In this document: positions 33,698 to 42,487 of the stretch, in pieces | How the letters are laid out: every line of letters begins with the position of its first letter | How positions within the stretch are numbered: position 1 is the stretch's first letter | Assembly: GCA_016188075.1 (NCBI GenBank) | Contig: JACPIO010000014.1 | Location: 1-60,790, forward strand | Direction: 5' to 3' | Length of the DNA stretch: 60,790 nt | DNA from: Candidatus Wolfebacteria bacterium | GTDB taxonomy: Bacteria; Patescibacteriota; Minisyncoccia; UBA6257; UBA9933 | The notes under the pieces: generated by a model | Databases searched by the model: none | Seen by the model: only the letters and a program-made list of their open reading frames with translations | What the model was told of the DNA's origin: nothing | Made by a program: the position numbers and the translations under genes

Positions 33698-33865
33698 ATG
33701 CCCAAATCTAAACTTTCCGAAAATTTAATAAGACTGCGTTGCTCCGTTTGTAAACGTTATAATTATTACACGCGCAAGAAAAAAACCTTGGAGCGGAAGC
33801 TTGAATTTAAAAAATATTGCCGCTGGTGCCGCAAACATACGATTCATAAAGAAGCAAAGAAATAA
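33698..33865 (+). CDS. rpmG: 50S ribosomal protein L33
   Basis: 55 aa, not in the track: ...RLRCSVCKRYNYYTRKKK...LEFKKYCRWCRKHTIHKEAKK (two CxxC pairs). Confidence 0.85.
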   Translation: MPKSKLSENLIRLRCSVCKRYNYYTRKKKTLERKLEFKKYCRWCRKHTIHKEAKK

Positions 33866-33877
33866 ATTTTTAGAATG

Positions 33878-33948
33878 GGGTCCATAGTTCAATGGCAGAA
33901 CGACGGTCTCCAAAACCGTTAATGGGGGTTCGACTCCCTCTGGACCCG
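33878..33948 (+). tRNA. tRNA-Trp (CCA)
   Basis: GGGTCCA acceptor, anticodon loop CTCCAAA, T-loop GGTTCGACTCC. Confidence 0.9.
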
Positions 33949-33950
33949 CA

Positions 33951-34340
33951 ATGGACTATCGCGGCGTCATAATTGAAGAAAGTTTGGAGAATGCCGAAGC
34001 GCTAAAAAAAGTGAAACTCCTCTGGACTAACGTCGAAGGCGTCACGGATTCTCATGATACTCCTTGGCTTAAAAAATGGACGCTCCATCATGTTTTAGTT
34101 CCGGAAGAAGAAGCGGAAGCAGCGGCAAAAATTTTAAGCGAGTCGCTGGATAAAGAGCGGCCGTGGTACGCGGATTTTAAAAATGAATCCACGCATTTCG
34201 TAGTTTTTCGGGACAAGGTTTTTAAAATCAATCGCGAAAGCAAGGAAGAATATAAAGAAGCGGTGAGATATGGATTGTCTCTGGGTATTCCAGCGCATCA
34301 GCTGGATTTTTCCCCTGATATTCGGGATTGGAAAAGATAG
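33951..34340 (+). CDS. Hypothetical protein (129 aa)
   Basis: Clean ORF with protein-like composition. No family recognised. Confidence 0.5.
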   Translation: MDYRGVIIEESLENAEALKKVKLLWTNVEGVTDSHDTPWLKKWTLHHVLVPEEEAEAAAKILSESLDKERPWYADFKNESTHFVVFRDKVFKINRESKEEYKEAVRYGLSLGIPAHQLDFSPDIRDWKR

Positions 34341-34365
34341 CATAGACTCTAACAGAAATTTGGTA

Positions 34366-34393
34366 CCTCTTATAAGATTAATCTTATAAGAGG
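34366..34393. promoter_or_regulatory. 28-bp perfect palindrome CCTCTTATAAGATTAATCTTATAAGAGG
   Basis: Self-complementary. Shares the AGATTAATCT core with 1756, 3629 and 24134. Confidence 0.6.
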
Positions 34394-34598
34394 TAAACAT
34401 TTTATTTAAGAATAAATTAGCCCCGGCGCTGGATTGGACAGACGCCGGGGCTGGTTTTCGGGTCCGCGGTGCTCGGTGGGATCCCTTGCTGGCTAGCTTT
34501 TGCCAGCAAGGGCAGTGACCCCGACTTTTCGATTGGACGAGCCACCAAGATAGCCGAGGCCTATTCGTCATAGGCGTCTCCTTTCTCTGGCTCCGGCA

Positions 34599-34808
34599 TT
34601 ATTGCCGGAGGCGCGTGGACTGGTTGAAGCGGGGATCGTGGCGAACGGTTCTTCCTTCTCCGTTATGTTCATCGCGGAGAAAGACGAATTCGAGACGTCG
34701 GCACCCCTCCTCTTTTTTATCATCAATGAAGTCGTGGAGGCGGGTTTCGTCGATGATTTCTTGGCCGCGTCCGTTATCCCTTCGCTTCCACCTGACTAGG
34801 ACCTGCAT
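34599..34808 (-). CDS. 69-aa hypothetical protein in GC-rich island D
   Basis: AGGAGGGG lies 4 nt upstream of the ATG. Second gene of a two-ORF unit. Confidence 0.4.
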   Translation of the reverse strand: MQVLVRWKRRDNGRGQEIIDETRLHDFIDDKKEEGCRRLEFVFLRDEHNGEGRTVRHDPRFNQSTRLRQ

Positions 34809-34826
34809 GATCCCCTCCTGTGGCGG

Positions 34827-35036
34827 TTAATGGGTCCGCGCCGAGCGGACCCGGTGCAAAACGCCGACCGGTAGTTGTAGTACCACTACCGGTATTACTT
34901 CGTTGGGAGTAATCCAAAGAAGGTTTTTACAGCCGGGGCATTTTTCGTTGCGTCCCCTTGGTACTAAATCGATCCGGCGCAACCTCGTTAGATTGCGCGG
35001 CAACTTCGTTTGACAAAGCGGACACTTGCTTTCCAT
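34827..35036 (-). CDS. 69-aa zinc-ribbon-like protein in island D
   Basis: CPLC...CPGC pairs. GGGAGGGTG upstream of the ATG. TTGACA(35107-35112, minus)-18 nt-TATTCT promoter. Confidence 0.4.
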   Translation of the reverse strand: MESKCPLCQTKLPRNLTRLRRIDLVPRGRNEKCPGCKNLLWITPNEVIPVVVLQLPVGVLHRVRSARTH

Positions 35037-35224
35037 CGCCGCACCCTCCCTTCTTCTTTTGTTCTTGTTCTATAAATTAGAATACAAAAAATTGATAATC
35101 TTTGTCAACCGTTGGATAGCGCCGTTTGGCGCCGCGCCGTTTTTAGGGATTATCGAATAAGCCGTTATTCAACATAGAAATTCAATTAAATTTCCAATTG
35201 TTTTATTTACATTGTTCCTTTTTA

Positions 35225-35520
35225 ATCTAAGTGAACCCGTCCGCGCCGCAAGCGGCGCGGCATCAGGGCGGGTTCGATCCAATAAGGGTCGGCTCCGCCG
35301 AGATTCATAGTTGCGCCATTCATCCTCGCCGCAAGCGGCGAGGAATTGCTGGCGCTTGGATTAAATCGCTACGTTTAAACGTAGCGCCGCGAGATCGGCG
35401 TATTAAACCATCGCATCCTTCCAGGCGTGGGGTAAAATACTTTATGAACGGCGTTTTGGCGATGGCAGTAGTCGCGAAAAGAAACGCGCGCGAGTTGAAC
35501 TCGCTTGCTCTTAAATTTTA
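35225..35520 (+). ncRNA. GC-rich island E: candidate structured RNA or long 5' leader of pcm
   Basis: Nested helices GAACCCG/CGGGTTC, ATCCAA/TTGGAT, GCGCCA/TGGCGC and CCATCGC/GCGATGG. Two GCCGCAAGCGGC hairpins. GCGCTACGTTTAAACGTAGCGC. The track ORF 35231..35539 is not protein-like. Confidence 0.4.
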
Positions 35521-35535
35521 CTTTATAATTTACAT

Positions 35536-36168
35536 ATGAATCCCGACTGCGATAATCTTATAAATTCTTTAATTAAGGACGGCTACTTGAAGACGCCGGA
35601 AATTATTGAAGCTTTCCGGGCGATTGATCGGCAGGATTTTGTGCCGGAGGAATACAAAAAAGACGCTTACGTGAACGCGCCCTTGCCCATTGATTTTGGC
35701 CAGACCATTTCCCAGCCTTTGACTGTGGCTTTTATGTTGGAACTTTTGGAGCCGAAAAAAGGGGAAAAGATTTTGGACGTCGGCGCCGGCTCTGGCTGGG
35801 TAACAGCGCTTTTATCTTGGTTAGTAGGTGAGACTGGCAGGGTTTTGGCTATCGAAAGGATTCCGGAGCTTCAAGAATTTGCCGAAAAAAATACGGCTAA
35901 ATACAGCTTTGTGGAAAGGGGAATAGCGAAGATTGTTAAAGCAGACGGCTCCAAGGGCTATTCCAAAGAAGCGCCCTATGATAAAATTATTGGAGGAGCC
36001 GCTAGTCAGGGCGAGATTCCGCCAGCGTGGCGGCGGCAGCTTAAAATCGGCGGCCGGATAGTGGCGCCTGTTGATCAGAGTGTCTGGATGATTGACAAAA
36101 CCGGCAAAAACCAATATAGTCAAAAAGAATATTTCGGCTTTAGTTTTGTGCCATTAGTAAAAGATTGA
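35536..36168 (+). CDS. pcm: Protein-L-isoaspartate O-methyltransferase
   Basis: QTISQP...ILDVGAGSGW SAM motif. Confidence 0.88.
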   Translation: MNPDCDNLINSLIKDGYLKTPEIIEAFRAIDRQDFVPEEYKKDAYVNAPLPIDFGQTISQPLTVAFMLELLEPKKGEKILDVGAGSGWVTALLSWLVGETGRVLAIERIPELQEFAEKNTAKYSFVERGIAKIVKADGSKGYSKEAPYDKIIGGAASQGEIPPAWRRQLKIGGRIVAPVDQSVWMIDKTGKNQYSQKEYFGFSFVPLVKD

Positions 36169-36211
36169 GATGCGGGAAGGAGCTTAAAAATATTAATTAA
36201 TCTTAGTAAAA

Positions 36212-37816
36212 ATGGGCGAAGGAAGCGGTAATAGAGAAAAAATAAAAGGAACAGGATTCAGAGGGGGCGTGGAAGCCGCCGGTCAAACTCAATCGAAGAA
36301 AGTTCCAAGAAGAGGATCCCGGAGGGGATCATCAACGGAGGAGCGACTCGTTAGTCGACGTCGGTCGAAGAAATTTCGGAAGGAGCAACTTGAAGCAGTA
36401 ATAACTGCTTTTGAAGAAGCGGTTCGCGGTGGCGAGGAAAATCAGATTGAAATCCTTCGTCAAGAATTACGGAAGAGCTGGCAGAAGAATATACCGGAAA
36501 CAAGCAGGGAAAAGCTTGATGAGTTTATTAGAAGGATAGAAGATGGGGCTTTGGAAGGGCGGATTGAAGCGGAACCAGCAAGGAACGCAGAGCATCTTGA
36601 AGCGGACTACGAAGCGGCATTCCGCAGGTATCTAGAAAGTTTTCAGGAGGAGAAAAGAAGGAGGCTTAGCCCGGAAGAATTAGATGAATCCTATTTAAAG
36701 AAATCTGATAGTAAGGTTAGATGGAGGGAATTTCTGATTCGAGAATTCAAAAAAACTCAATCTGAATTATCTGACGAAGAAGCGAGTAAATTGGCAGACA
36801 GAGCGATAGATGAACTTCAAGAAAGAGTTGTCGAGGAAGTAGGGGTGAAAAAACCGAGAAAGCCGGTTCCTCCAATAGAAGAAGCCTTAATTTTAGGAGC
36901 GGATGAGGAATACACGCCGCGGAGGCATGAAGAGCGGCGCGATCCGGATTTGATTAAAAAGGATCTGTACAATGTTTTAAAAATTCTATATCCCGCGGAT
37001 TCTCAAGGACCCAGTTATAAAGAAACAGCCGAATATAAAGATGCTGTTGTTCAATTAAGAGATTTGGGAAGTGAGTTAAGAAATTTTCATACTCATGAAG
37101 GAGTAACTGTTGATGAGGCTAATAAAGCAGTGCGCGATACCATTCGAGAAGTGCGGGATACTATTCTAGAAACGCGGGAACGAGTTCGTAGAGAATCAGA
37201 GGTGGGGAAGCGGGCGCCGGCGCCGGAACCAGCGTCGACTCTCGAACAGCTTCCGGAAAGTATTCAAAACTTTATCAGAGAAGAATTTACACCTTCATAT
37301 CGAGAGTTTTTTGAATTTGAAGAACAAAATAAAGGCAAACCGGAAACCGATAGAACCGCCAAAGATTTATCTCGAGAGAATACCTTAAGGGCAATGTATT
37401 TCGCTAAATCAATAAGGTTAGCAGAGTTATTAACTGCTTTTTGGGGAGAGTCTTACACTAAAGAACAAGCGGGGAATTTGGCAGTTAAGATATCTAATGC
37501 CATCGAAGAAAAAGTTAAGCAAGAAGTAAGAGCGGAAATAGAAACGGGCGCGCCAGTCGTCGGAGGAGAATCATTGGAGCGGCCGGCGGAAGAAGCAGGA
37601 GCGCCGGTACTCGAGGCGGAAGCGGCGCCTCCGCGGGAAACAAGAATTACTAAGATATTTGATCAAGTGATGGAATCCGCAAGAAAATCCCTTGAGGAAA
37701 AGTATAAAGATTTTGATTCGGAAGAACGAGCAGTTCTCGTTGTGGCAGATTTAATAATCCTTCGCCCGCAGATAAGAAAAAAAATTGAAGAAACAATTCC
37801 CAATCCCAACGAATAG
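36212..37816 (+). CDS. Highly charged (E/R/K-rich) hypothetical protein
   Basis: 534 aa, helical low-complexity. First of three consecutive ORFs. Confidence 0.5.
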   Translation: MGEGSGNREKIKGTGFRGGVEAAGQTQSKKVPRRGSRRGSSTEERLVSRRRSKKFRKEQLEAVITAFEEAVRGGEENQIEILRQELRKSWQKNIPETSREKLDEFIRRIEDGALEGRIEAEPARNAEHLEADYEAAFRRYLESFQEEKRRRLSPEELDESYLKKSDSKVRWREFLIREFKKTQSELSDEEASKLADRAIDELQERVVEEVGVKKPRKPVPPIEEALILGADEEYTPRRHEERRDPDLIKKDLYNVLKILYPADSQGPSYKETAEYKDAVVQLRDLGSELRNFHTHEGVTVDEANKAVRDTIREVRDTILETRERVRRESEVGKRAPAPEPASTLEQLPESIQNFIREEFTPSYREFFEFEEQNKGKPETDRTAKDLSRENTLRAMYFAKSIRLAELLTAFWGESYTKEQAGNLAVKISNAIEEKVKQEVRAEIETGAPVVGGESLERPAEEAGAPVLEAEAAPPRETRITKIFDQVMESARKSLEEKYKDFDSEERAVLVVADLIILRPQIRKKIEETIPNPNE

Positions 37817-37842
37817 AATTTAGCGTTTGAAGGTCAGTTTTT

Positions 37843-39414
37843 ATGGCAACAAATACCGATAAGACTTCGGGGATTGATAGAGAAAAGATTCGGGAAGAAA
37901 CGAGGGCATTAGCTTTCGACGAAATCGACCGTTTGGCGGCCGAGGAAGTTTCTATTTCGAAAACGAAGAGGATTGGCGGCGAAGGGGTCGTACTCGATCG
38001 GGAAAAGATTCGCGAAGAGGTGAGAGACGAGGCTTTTGGTCAGATTGATCGGTTGGCCGCTGAGATCCCGGTGTCGGCCGAACCGTCACCGGCGTCTCGT
38101 ATTCCAGAGAAATGGGAAGATTTGCCTGCGGATTTGCAAAAATTAAAAGACGAAGTGCTCCCGCTTTTTAGAAAGTACTATGCTGGTACGATGATAGAGG
38201 TGATTCAAGGGCGGGAAGAAGTTAATAAATTAGGAATTAGAACGGGCGATCTTTACAGTACCGCTTCCGAGAGGTCTGATCGTATTCAAGATGAATTGCG
38301 TCAGCATTTTGAATCGCTTGATCCGCAGACGCCAAATCAGATTTACGTAGAAAGACTAATGAACCGTTTGAATGATCAGGCCATCGAAGAAGCGGAATCA
38401 GAAACAGGGCTTAGTTGGGTAGAGGCACAAAGGATGCTAAATGAGAGAGAGCGGAAGCGTGAAGAAGCAGGTAGAAGGAGAATGCCTTCACCGGAGCCGC
38501 CGCGAGTACCCGAACCTGCATCTCCGCCATCTGGCCCAGAACCGCCGGCGCAACCCGTACCGCCGCCGCGAAGAGAACCGACTCCGGAAAAAACTTCAGA
38601 GGAAGCGTGGAATGTTTTGAAGGAAGCAAGAACAGCCTACGCGGAAGCGTATCGCAAACACCAACATAGTCATAAAGAGAGACTGGGATTTTTGAGAAAA
38701 ATCATTTTTGAAATCAAAGGCGGAGAATACCCAGGTGATGATTTTTTGGCTCAAGTCAAAGCTAAATATGATGAGGCCAAGCTGGTTTATGGTCAGGCTT
38801 TGCGCCGCGAGGGAGTAGAAGCGGGTCAGATTTTCAAAGAGGTAATTATAGCCGAGAAACTCTCGCTCCAAAAAGAACAAATTGAGACTTTGCCGCCGAA
38901 GGAAAAAAATTTATTGGGTAAAGCTTGGGATTTATGGAATAGACAGAGTAGATATACGAAGGTGGGTGTTTCCGTTTTTATAGCAACCGGAGCGTTTGCC
39001 AGCGCGCCTCTGGTTATGGCTGGAGCAACGGGTTTTACCAGTATTTCAGCCGCTTTGCTTTTTGCCGGACAGCGTTTTATTCGGGCTGCGGCTATTTCTT
39101 CACCGATTGTCGCGGGATTTTTCGAGCGCACTGGAGAATTCTTTTTTTCCGAAGGCAAGACTCAAGATAGAAAAGAACAGGCCATTTCGCGTTTGCAAAG
39201 CAAGTTTTCCTTAGATGCTATTGGAGCAGCAGACGAAGAGTATGGTCAGATTTTGCGGGAAGAAGCGAGAAGACAAAAAATGAAGTTCGCGGTTAAAGCA
39301 GGAGGACTTGTTGTAGCTGGGTCTGGATTAGGTCTTTTAACGTACTATCATGGCGGTGGATTGGTAGGGCGCGGGGGAATTAGGTGGAGTGAGAACATTG
39401 ATGCCTGGCGATAA
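37843..39414 (+). CDS. Charged repeat protein with C-terminal transmembrane segments
   Basis: Tandem units IDREKIREETRALAFDEIDRLAAEE / LDREKIREEVRDEAFGQIDRLAAEI, a Pro-rich linker, and hydrophobic helices near the C-terminus. Confidence 0.5.
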   Translation: MATNTDKTSGIDREKIREETRALAFDEIDRLAAEEVSISKTKRIGGEGVVLDREKIREEVRDEAFGQIDRLAAEIPVSAEPSPASRIPEKWEDLPADLQKLKDEVLPLFRKYYAGTMIEVIQGREEVNKLGIRTGDLYSTASERSDRIQDELRQHFESLDPQTPNQIYVERLMNRLNDQAIEEAESETGLSWVEAQRMLNERERKREEAGRRRMPSPEPPRVPEPASPPSGPEPPAQPVPPPRREPTPEKTSEEAWNVLKEARTAYAEAYRKHQHSHKERLGFLRKIIFEIKGGEYPGDDFLAQVKAKYDEAKLVYGQALRREGVEAGQIFKEVIIAEKLSLQKEQIETLPPKEKNLLGKAWDLWNRQSRYTKVGVSVFIATGAFASAPLVMAGATGFTSISAALLFAGQRFIRAAAISSPIVAGFFERTGEFFFSEGKTQDRKEQAISRLQSKFSLDAIGAADEEYGQILREEARRQKMKFAVKAGGLVVAGSGLGLLTYYHGGGLVGRGGIRWSENIDAWR

Positions 39415-40351
39415 AATGCCGCGGGTCCCTGAAAGCCCAATAAGAGAGGTTGAAATTCCTAAGGGGGTTATGCCAGCGGAGGTAGGCAAATCATCAGCCG
39501 AAGCCGCGCCGCCGGAGAATGTGGTTCCAACACGCGAATATCTAAGCTCAACTAAGATAGAGAAGGGCGAAGGTGTCTGGCATGGTGTTTACCGAATTCT
39601 TGATCAAGAACTCAAGGGCGATCTTAAGGAGTTTAATTCGAGATTCGGGAAGTTTGGTGTTCAAATTAAGCCCGAAGATTTAGAAAATCCCGTTAAACTA
39701 AAGCGGATTTTGAATAAAGTAACCGGAAAACTTTTAGTAGAGCAGGGTTATATGAACGACGTTGAGTTGAGAGTTACGAGGCCTGGAGTGGAAATAATTT
39801 TGAATTCGGATGACACCATTAGTTTTGGAGAGACAGGCAGAGTTCTCCGTGAAGTGCCAAGAGGAACAGTGGAAACAGTGGGCGGAGCAAGGGTCGAACC
39901 GGATTCAGTCGCGCCCGAAACACCCGAATACCAAATACACGAACCCGGCAGAAGTCCTCTCGGTATTCAAGAAGAACGCGGCATAAGAAGTTTTGAGGCC
40001 CCGCAACCCCTAAGGGACCCCTTGGAACCTATTCCCGGGATTACCGACATCCTATCTTCTGGCCAAAGGGAAATTTTGGAACATACCTTTAACAGAAATC
40101 TTCTTGTCCGCGACGAGCTCTTGGAGGCGGGATTAGATAATATAGCAAATCAAATCCAACGGGGGAAATTAGGAGTGGAACATTTTAACGAATATCTCTG
40201 GGAAAATAAATTTATTGCCGAACCGCTGCCCCGGCACACGGTGGAAAATTTTAAGCATAGTTTTAAAATTATAGGCGGATCGAACGAAGCGGCGAAGAAA
40301 GTCGCGTTAGAGTCAATGAGGGATTTTTTGAAGAGAATTATTAAGCAGTAG
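39401..40351 (+). CDS. Hypothetical protein (third gene of the charged-protein operon)
   Basis: The track ORF is 39389..40351 and overlaps the previous stop. The ATG at 39401 is preferred. Confidence 0.45.
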   Translation: MPGDKMPRVPESPIREVEIPKGVMPAEVGKSSAEAAPPENVVPTREYLSSTKIEKGEGVWHGVYRILDQELKGDLKEFNSRFGKFGVQIKPEDLENPVKLKRILNKVTGKLLVEQGYMNDVELRVTRPGVEIILNSDDTISFGETGRVLREVPRGTVETVGGARVEPDSVAPETPEYQIHEPGRSPLGIQEERGIRSFEAPQPLRDPLEPIPGITDILSSGQREILEHTFNRNLLVRDELLEAGLDNIANQIQRGKLGVEHFNEYLWENKFIAEPLPRHTVENFKHSFKIIGGSNEAAKKVALESMRDFLKRIIKQ

Positions 40352-40408
40352 GAAGAGGCAAAAGGTCGTGAGAGTAATCGCAAATAATGCGAATAAAAAA
40401 GTAACTTT

Positions 40409-40717
40409 ATGGATTCGATTCTTAAGCAAAATATTATTCAAGATTTAGGTATTGACCGCTTGCCGGCAGACGAACAAGAAGAAGCCTTGCTTTCCATCGG
40501 CCGGATTATTTTTCAAGGAGTTTTAATTCGAGTGATGGGGCTTTTGGGCGAAAAAGACAAAGATGAGTTTGATAAATTATTGACGGAAAAAGCCGACGAC
40601 GAAGAAGCGGTTCTGAAATTTTTACAGGCAAAATTGCCCAATTTGGACGAAATCGTTAATAATGAAATCGCCATGTTCAAGCGTGAAAGTCTGGATTTTA
40701 TGCAGGCTTTGAAGTAA
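40409..40717 (+). CDS. Small acidic hypothetical protein (102 aa)
   Basis: Clean ORF. No family recognised. Confidence 0.45.
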   Translation: MDSILKQNIIQDLGIDRLPADEQEEALLSIGRIIFQGVLIRVMGLLGEKDKDEFDKLLTEKADDEEAVLKFLQAKLPNLDEIVNNEIAMFKRESLDFMQALK

Positions 40718-40961
40718 GATAATGTTGTGATTGATGCTCGGGCGCTTGACATTTGATACTTGACACTGGTAATCTTATCTTTAATCCGCAGACAAGAGGT
40801 GGACCGTTGCGCGGTCAGAAAACCTCTCGAGGATGTTTGTTTTTTCGTCTGCGGCTCTGGTCGCGGATTTTTTATTAGAGTAATCGCTAATAATGCCAAT
40901 GACTGCAAATAACGCGAATTAGCATTATTTGTTTTTAATTCGCATTATTCGCGAACACTCT

Positions 40962-41444
40962 ATGCTTACCAAGCTCCAAAAATCCAAGCAAATCGAAATC
41001 GGGAAAAAGCTTATTGAGGAAAGCCGGAGTTTGATTTTTGTTGATTTCGGCGGAGTGAGCGTAAAAAATTTGGAGAGCTTGCGCCGGAAATTGAAAGAGA
41101 TCGGCGCCCAGCTTAAAGTTATAAAAAAGCGTCTGCTTCGCATAGCTTTCGAGAAAAGAAATTTAGATTTTAATCCGGAGCAATTTGAGTTGCAAGTGGG
41201 GACGATTTTTTCGCCGAAAGAAGTTTATGAAGTGGCTGGTTCGATTTCGAAATCCGGAGTGAAAATTTTAGGCGGATACGATTTAGAGTTGAAAAGTTTT
41301 TTTGACGCGGAAAAAGTGAAATTCTTCGGCAATTTGCCGTCTCGGGAAATTTTATTGGGACAATTAGTGGGAATGATTGCGGCGCCAATTAAGATGCTGA
41401 TGTATGTGTTAAAAGAGAAGTCAAAAATGGTCGATACGAAATAA
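40962..41444 (+). CDS. rplJ: 50S ribosomal protein L10
   Basis: LIFVDFGGVSVKNLESLRRKLKE. Upstream of rplL. The track ORF starts at 40929. Confidence 0.85.
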   Translation: MLTKLQKSKQIEIGKKLIEESRSLIFVDFGGVSVKNLESLRRKLKEIGAQLKVIKKRLLRIAFEKRNLDFNPEQFELQVGTIFSPKEVYEVAGSISKSGVKILGGYDLELKSFFDAEKVKFFGNLPSREILLGQLVGMIAAPIKMLMYVLKEKSKMVDTK

Positions 41445-41534
41445 TCCATACGAAAATACGAAAACATACGAAATTACGAAATATACAAAACACCTTTCGT
41501 ACTTTCGTAAAATTTCGCGATTTCGTAAGGGGCT

Positions 41535-41903
41535 ATGGATAAATTCAACGATATTATCGAAAAAATTGAAAAATTAACCGTTGTCGAACTCGCCGAATTA
41601 GTGAAAACCCTTGAGGAAAAATTTGGCGTCTCGGCAACCATGGCTGTCGGCGCTCCCGCCTCCGCCGAAGCTTCGGCGGGCAAGGAAGAAAAATCAACCT
41701 TTGACGTTATCCTTAAAGCTGTCGGCGATCAAAAGGTTAATGTTATAAAAGCGGTCAAAGAAATTACGGGCTTGGGCCTCAAAGAATCCAAAGACTTGGT
41801 TGATGGCGCGCCCAAACCGATTAAGCAGGGACTTAAAAAAGAAGACGCGGAAGAAATAAGAAAGAAATTGTCAGATGTGGGAGCAGTGGTGGAGTTAGCA
41901 TAA
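41535..41903 (+). CDS. rplL: 50S ribosomal protein L7/L12
   Basis: [19 protein letters not shown]...[28 protein letters not shown]. Confidence 0.95.
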   Translation: MDKFNDIIEKIEKLTVVELAELVKTLEEKFGVSATMAVGAPASAEASAGKEEKSTFDVILKAVGDQKVNVIKAVKEITGLGLKESKDLVDGAPKPIKQGLKKEDAEEIRKKLSDVGAVVELA

Positions 41904-41992
41904 AGCATGAAGCATGAATCATGGAGCATGAAGCGTAGATAGAAAAAAGGCGTCTTGAAGAAGGCGTCTTTTTGTTCTATTTTTAAGGAGAA

Positions 41993-42066
41993 GGGCTCGT
42001 AGCTCAGCTGGTTAGAGCGTTCCGTTCACATCGGAAAGGTCAGCCGTTCAAGTCGGCTCGAGCCCA
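41993..42066 (+). tRNA. tRNA-Val (CAC)
   Basis: GGGCTCG acceptor, anticodon loop TTCACAT, T-arm AGCCGTTCAAGTCGGCT. Confidence 0.88.
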
Positions 42067-42086
42067 CAGTAAAAAAATCAAAGATT

Positions 42087-42446
42087 ATGCAGGAATTTTT
42101 CACAAAGAATAAAATTGTAATCGCCATATTAGTCGGTTCGGTTATAGTCGGAGGCGCTATTTATCTCTCGCGTTCGCCGGAGTCGCCGGGAATTCAACCG
42201 ACATATCAATTTAATAATGCTCCGAGCGAGGCTAGCATTCTTGATTCGATTACAAAGTCGCCTCAAGGGGCAAATACCAGTTGTGTTATTAAGGGTAATA
42301 TTAGCTCAGGCGGAGAAATTTATCATTTACCCGAGTGTGCTTCTTATGATAAAACTGTAATTAATGAAAACGCAGGAGAAAAGTGGTTTTGCACTGAAAC
42401 CGAAGCAGTTAGTGCCGGTTGGCGCAAGGCGAAAAATTGTCCGTAA
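42087..42446 (+). CDS. Membrane-anchored protein with a C-terminal Cys-containing 'sunset'-like domain
   Basis: N-terminal TM helix. CVIKGNISSGGEIYHLPEC...WFCTETEAVSAGWRKAKNC. Confidence 0.5.
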   Translation: MQEFFTKNKIVIAILVGSVIVGGAIYLSRSPESPGIQPTYQFNNAPSEASILDSITKSPQGANTSCVIKGNISSGGEIYHLPECASYDKTVINENAGEKWFCTETEAVSAGWRKAKNCP

Positions 42447-42487
42447 CGATTCAATTTAAAAGGGACGCTTTGTTTATTTTATAAAAA

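Noticed and set aside
34134-34571. The 145-aa minus-strand ORF with a good SD (AGAAAGGAGACGCCT-ATG).
   Set aside because: It reads straight through two perfect GC hairpins and the 28-bp palindrome, and it is antisense to the 33951..34340 gene. Its N-terminal part is R/P/S-rich. At most a very short peptide is translated.
35231-35539. The 102-aa ORF covering island E.
   Set aside because: It has an Arg/Ala/Gly-rich composition and a GTG start with no SD. It spans consecutive perfect hairpins and runs into the pcm start. RNA structure explains the region better.
41945-41975. AAGGCGTCTTgaagAAGGCGTCTTTTT after rplL as a rho-independent terminator.
   Set aside because: The two GGCGTCTT copies are direct, not inverted, so only a weak TCTT/AAGA stem can form. 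I left it unannotated. The T-run may still help termination.
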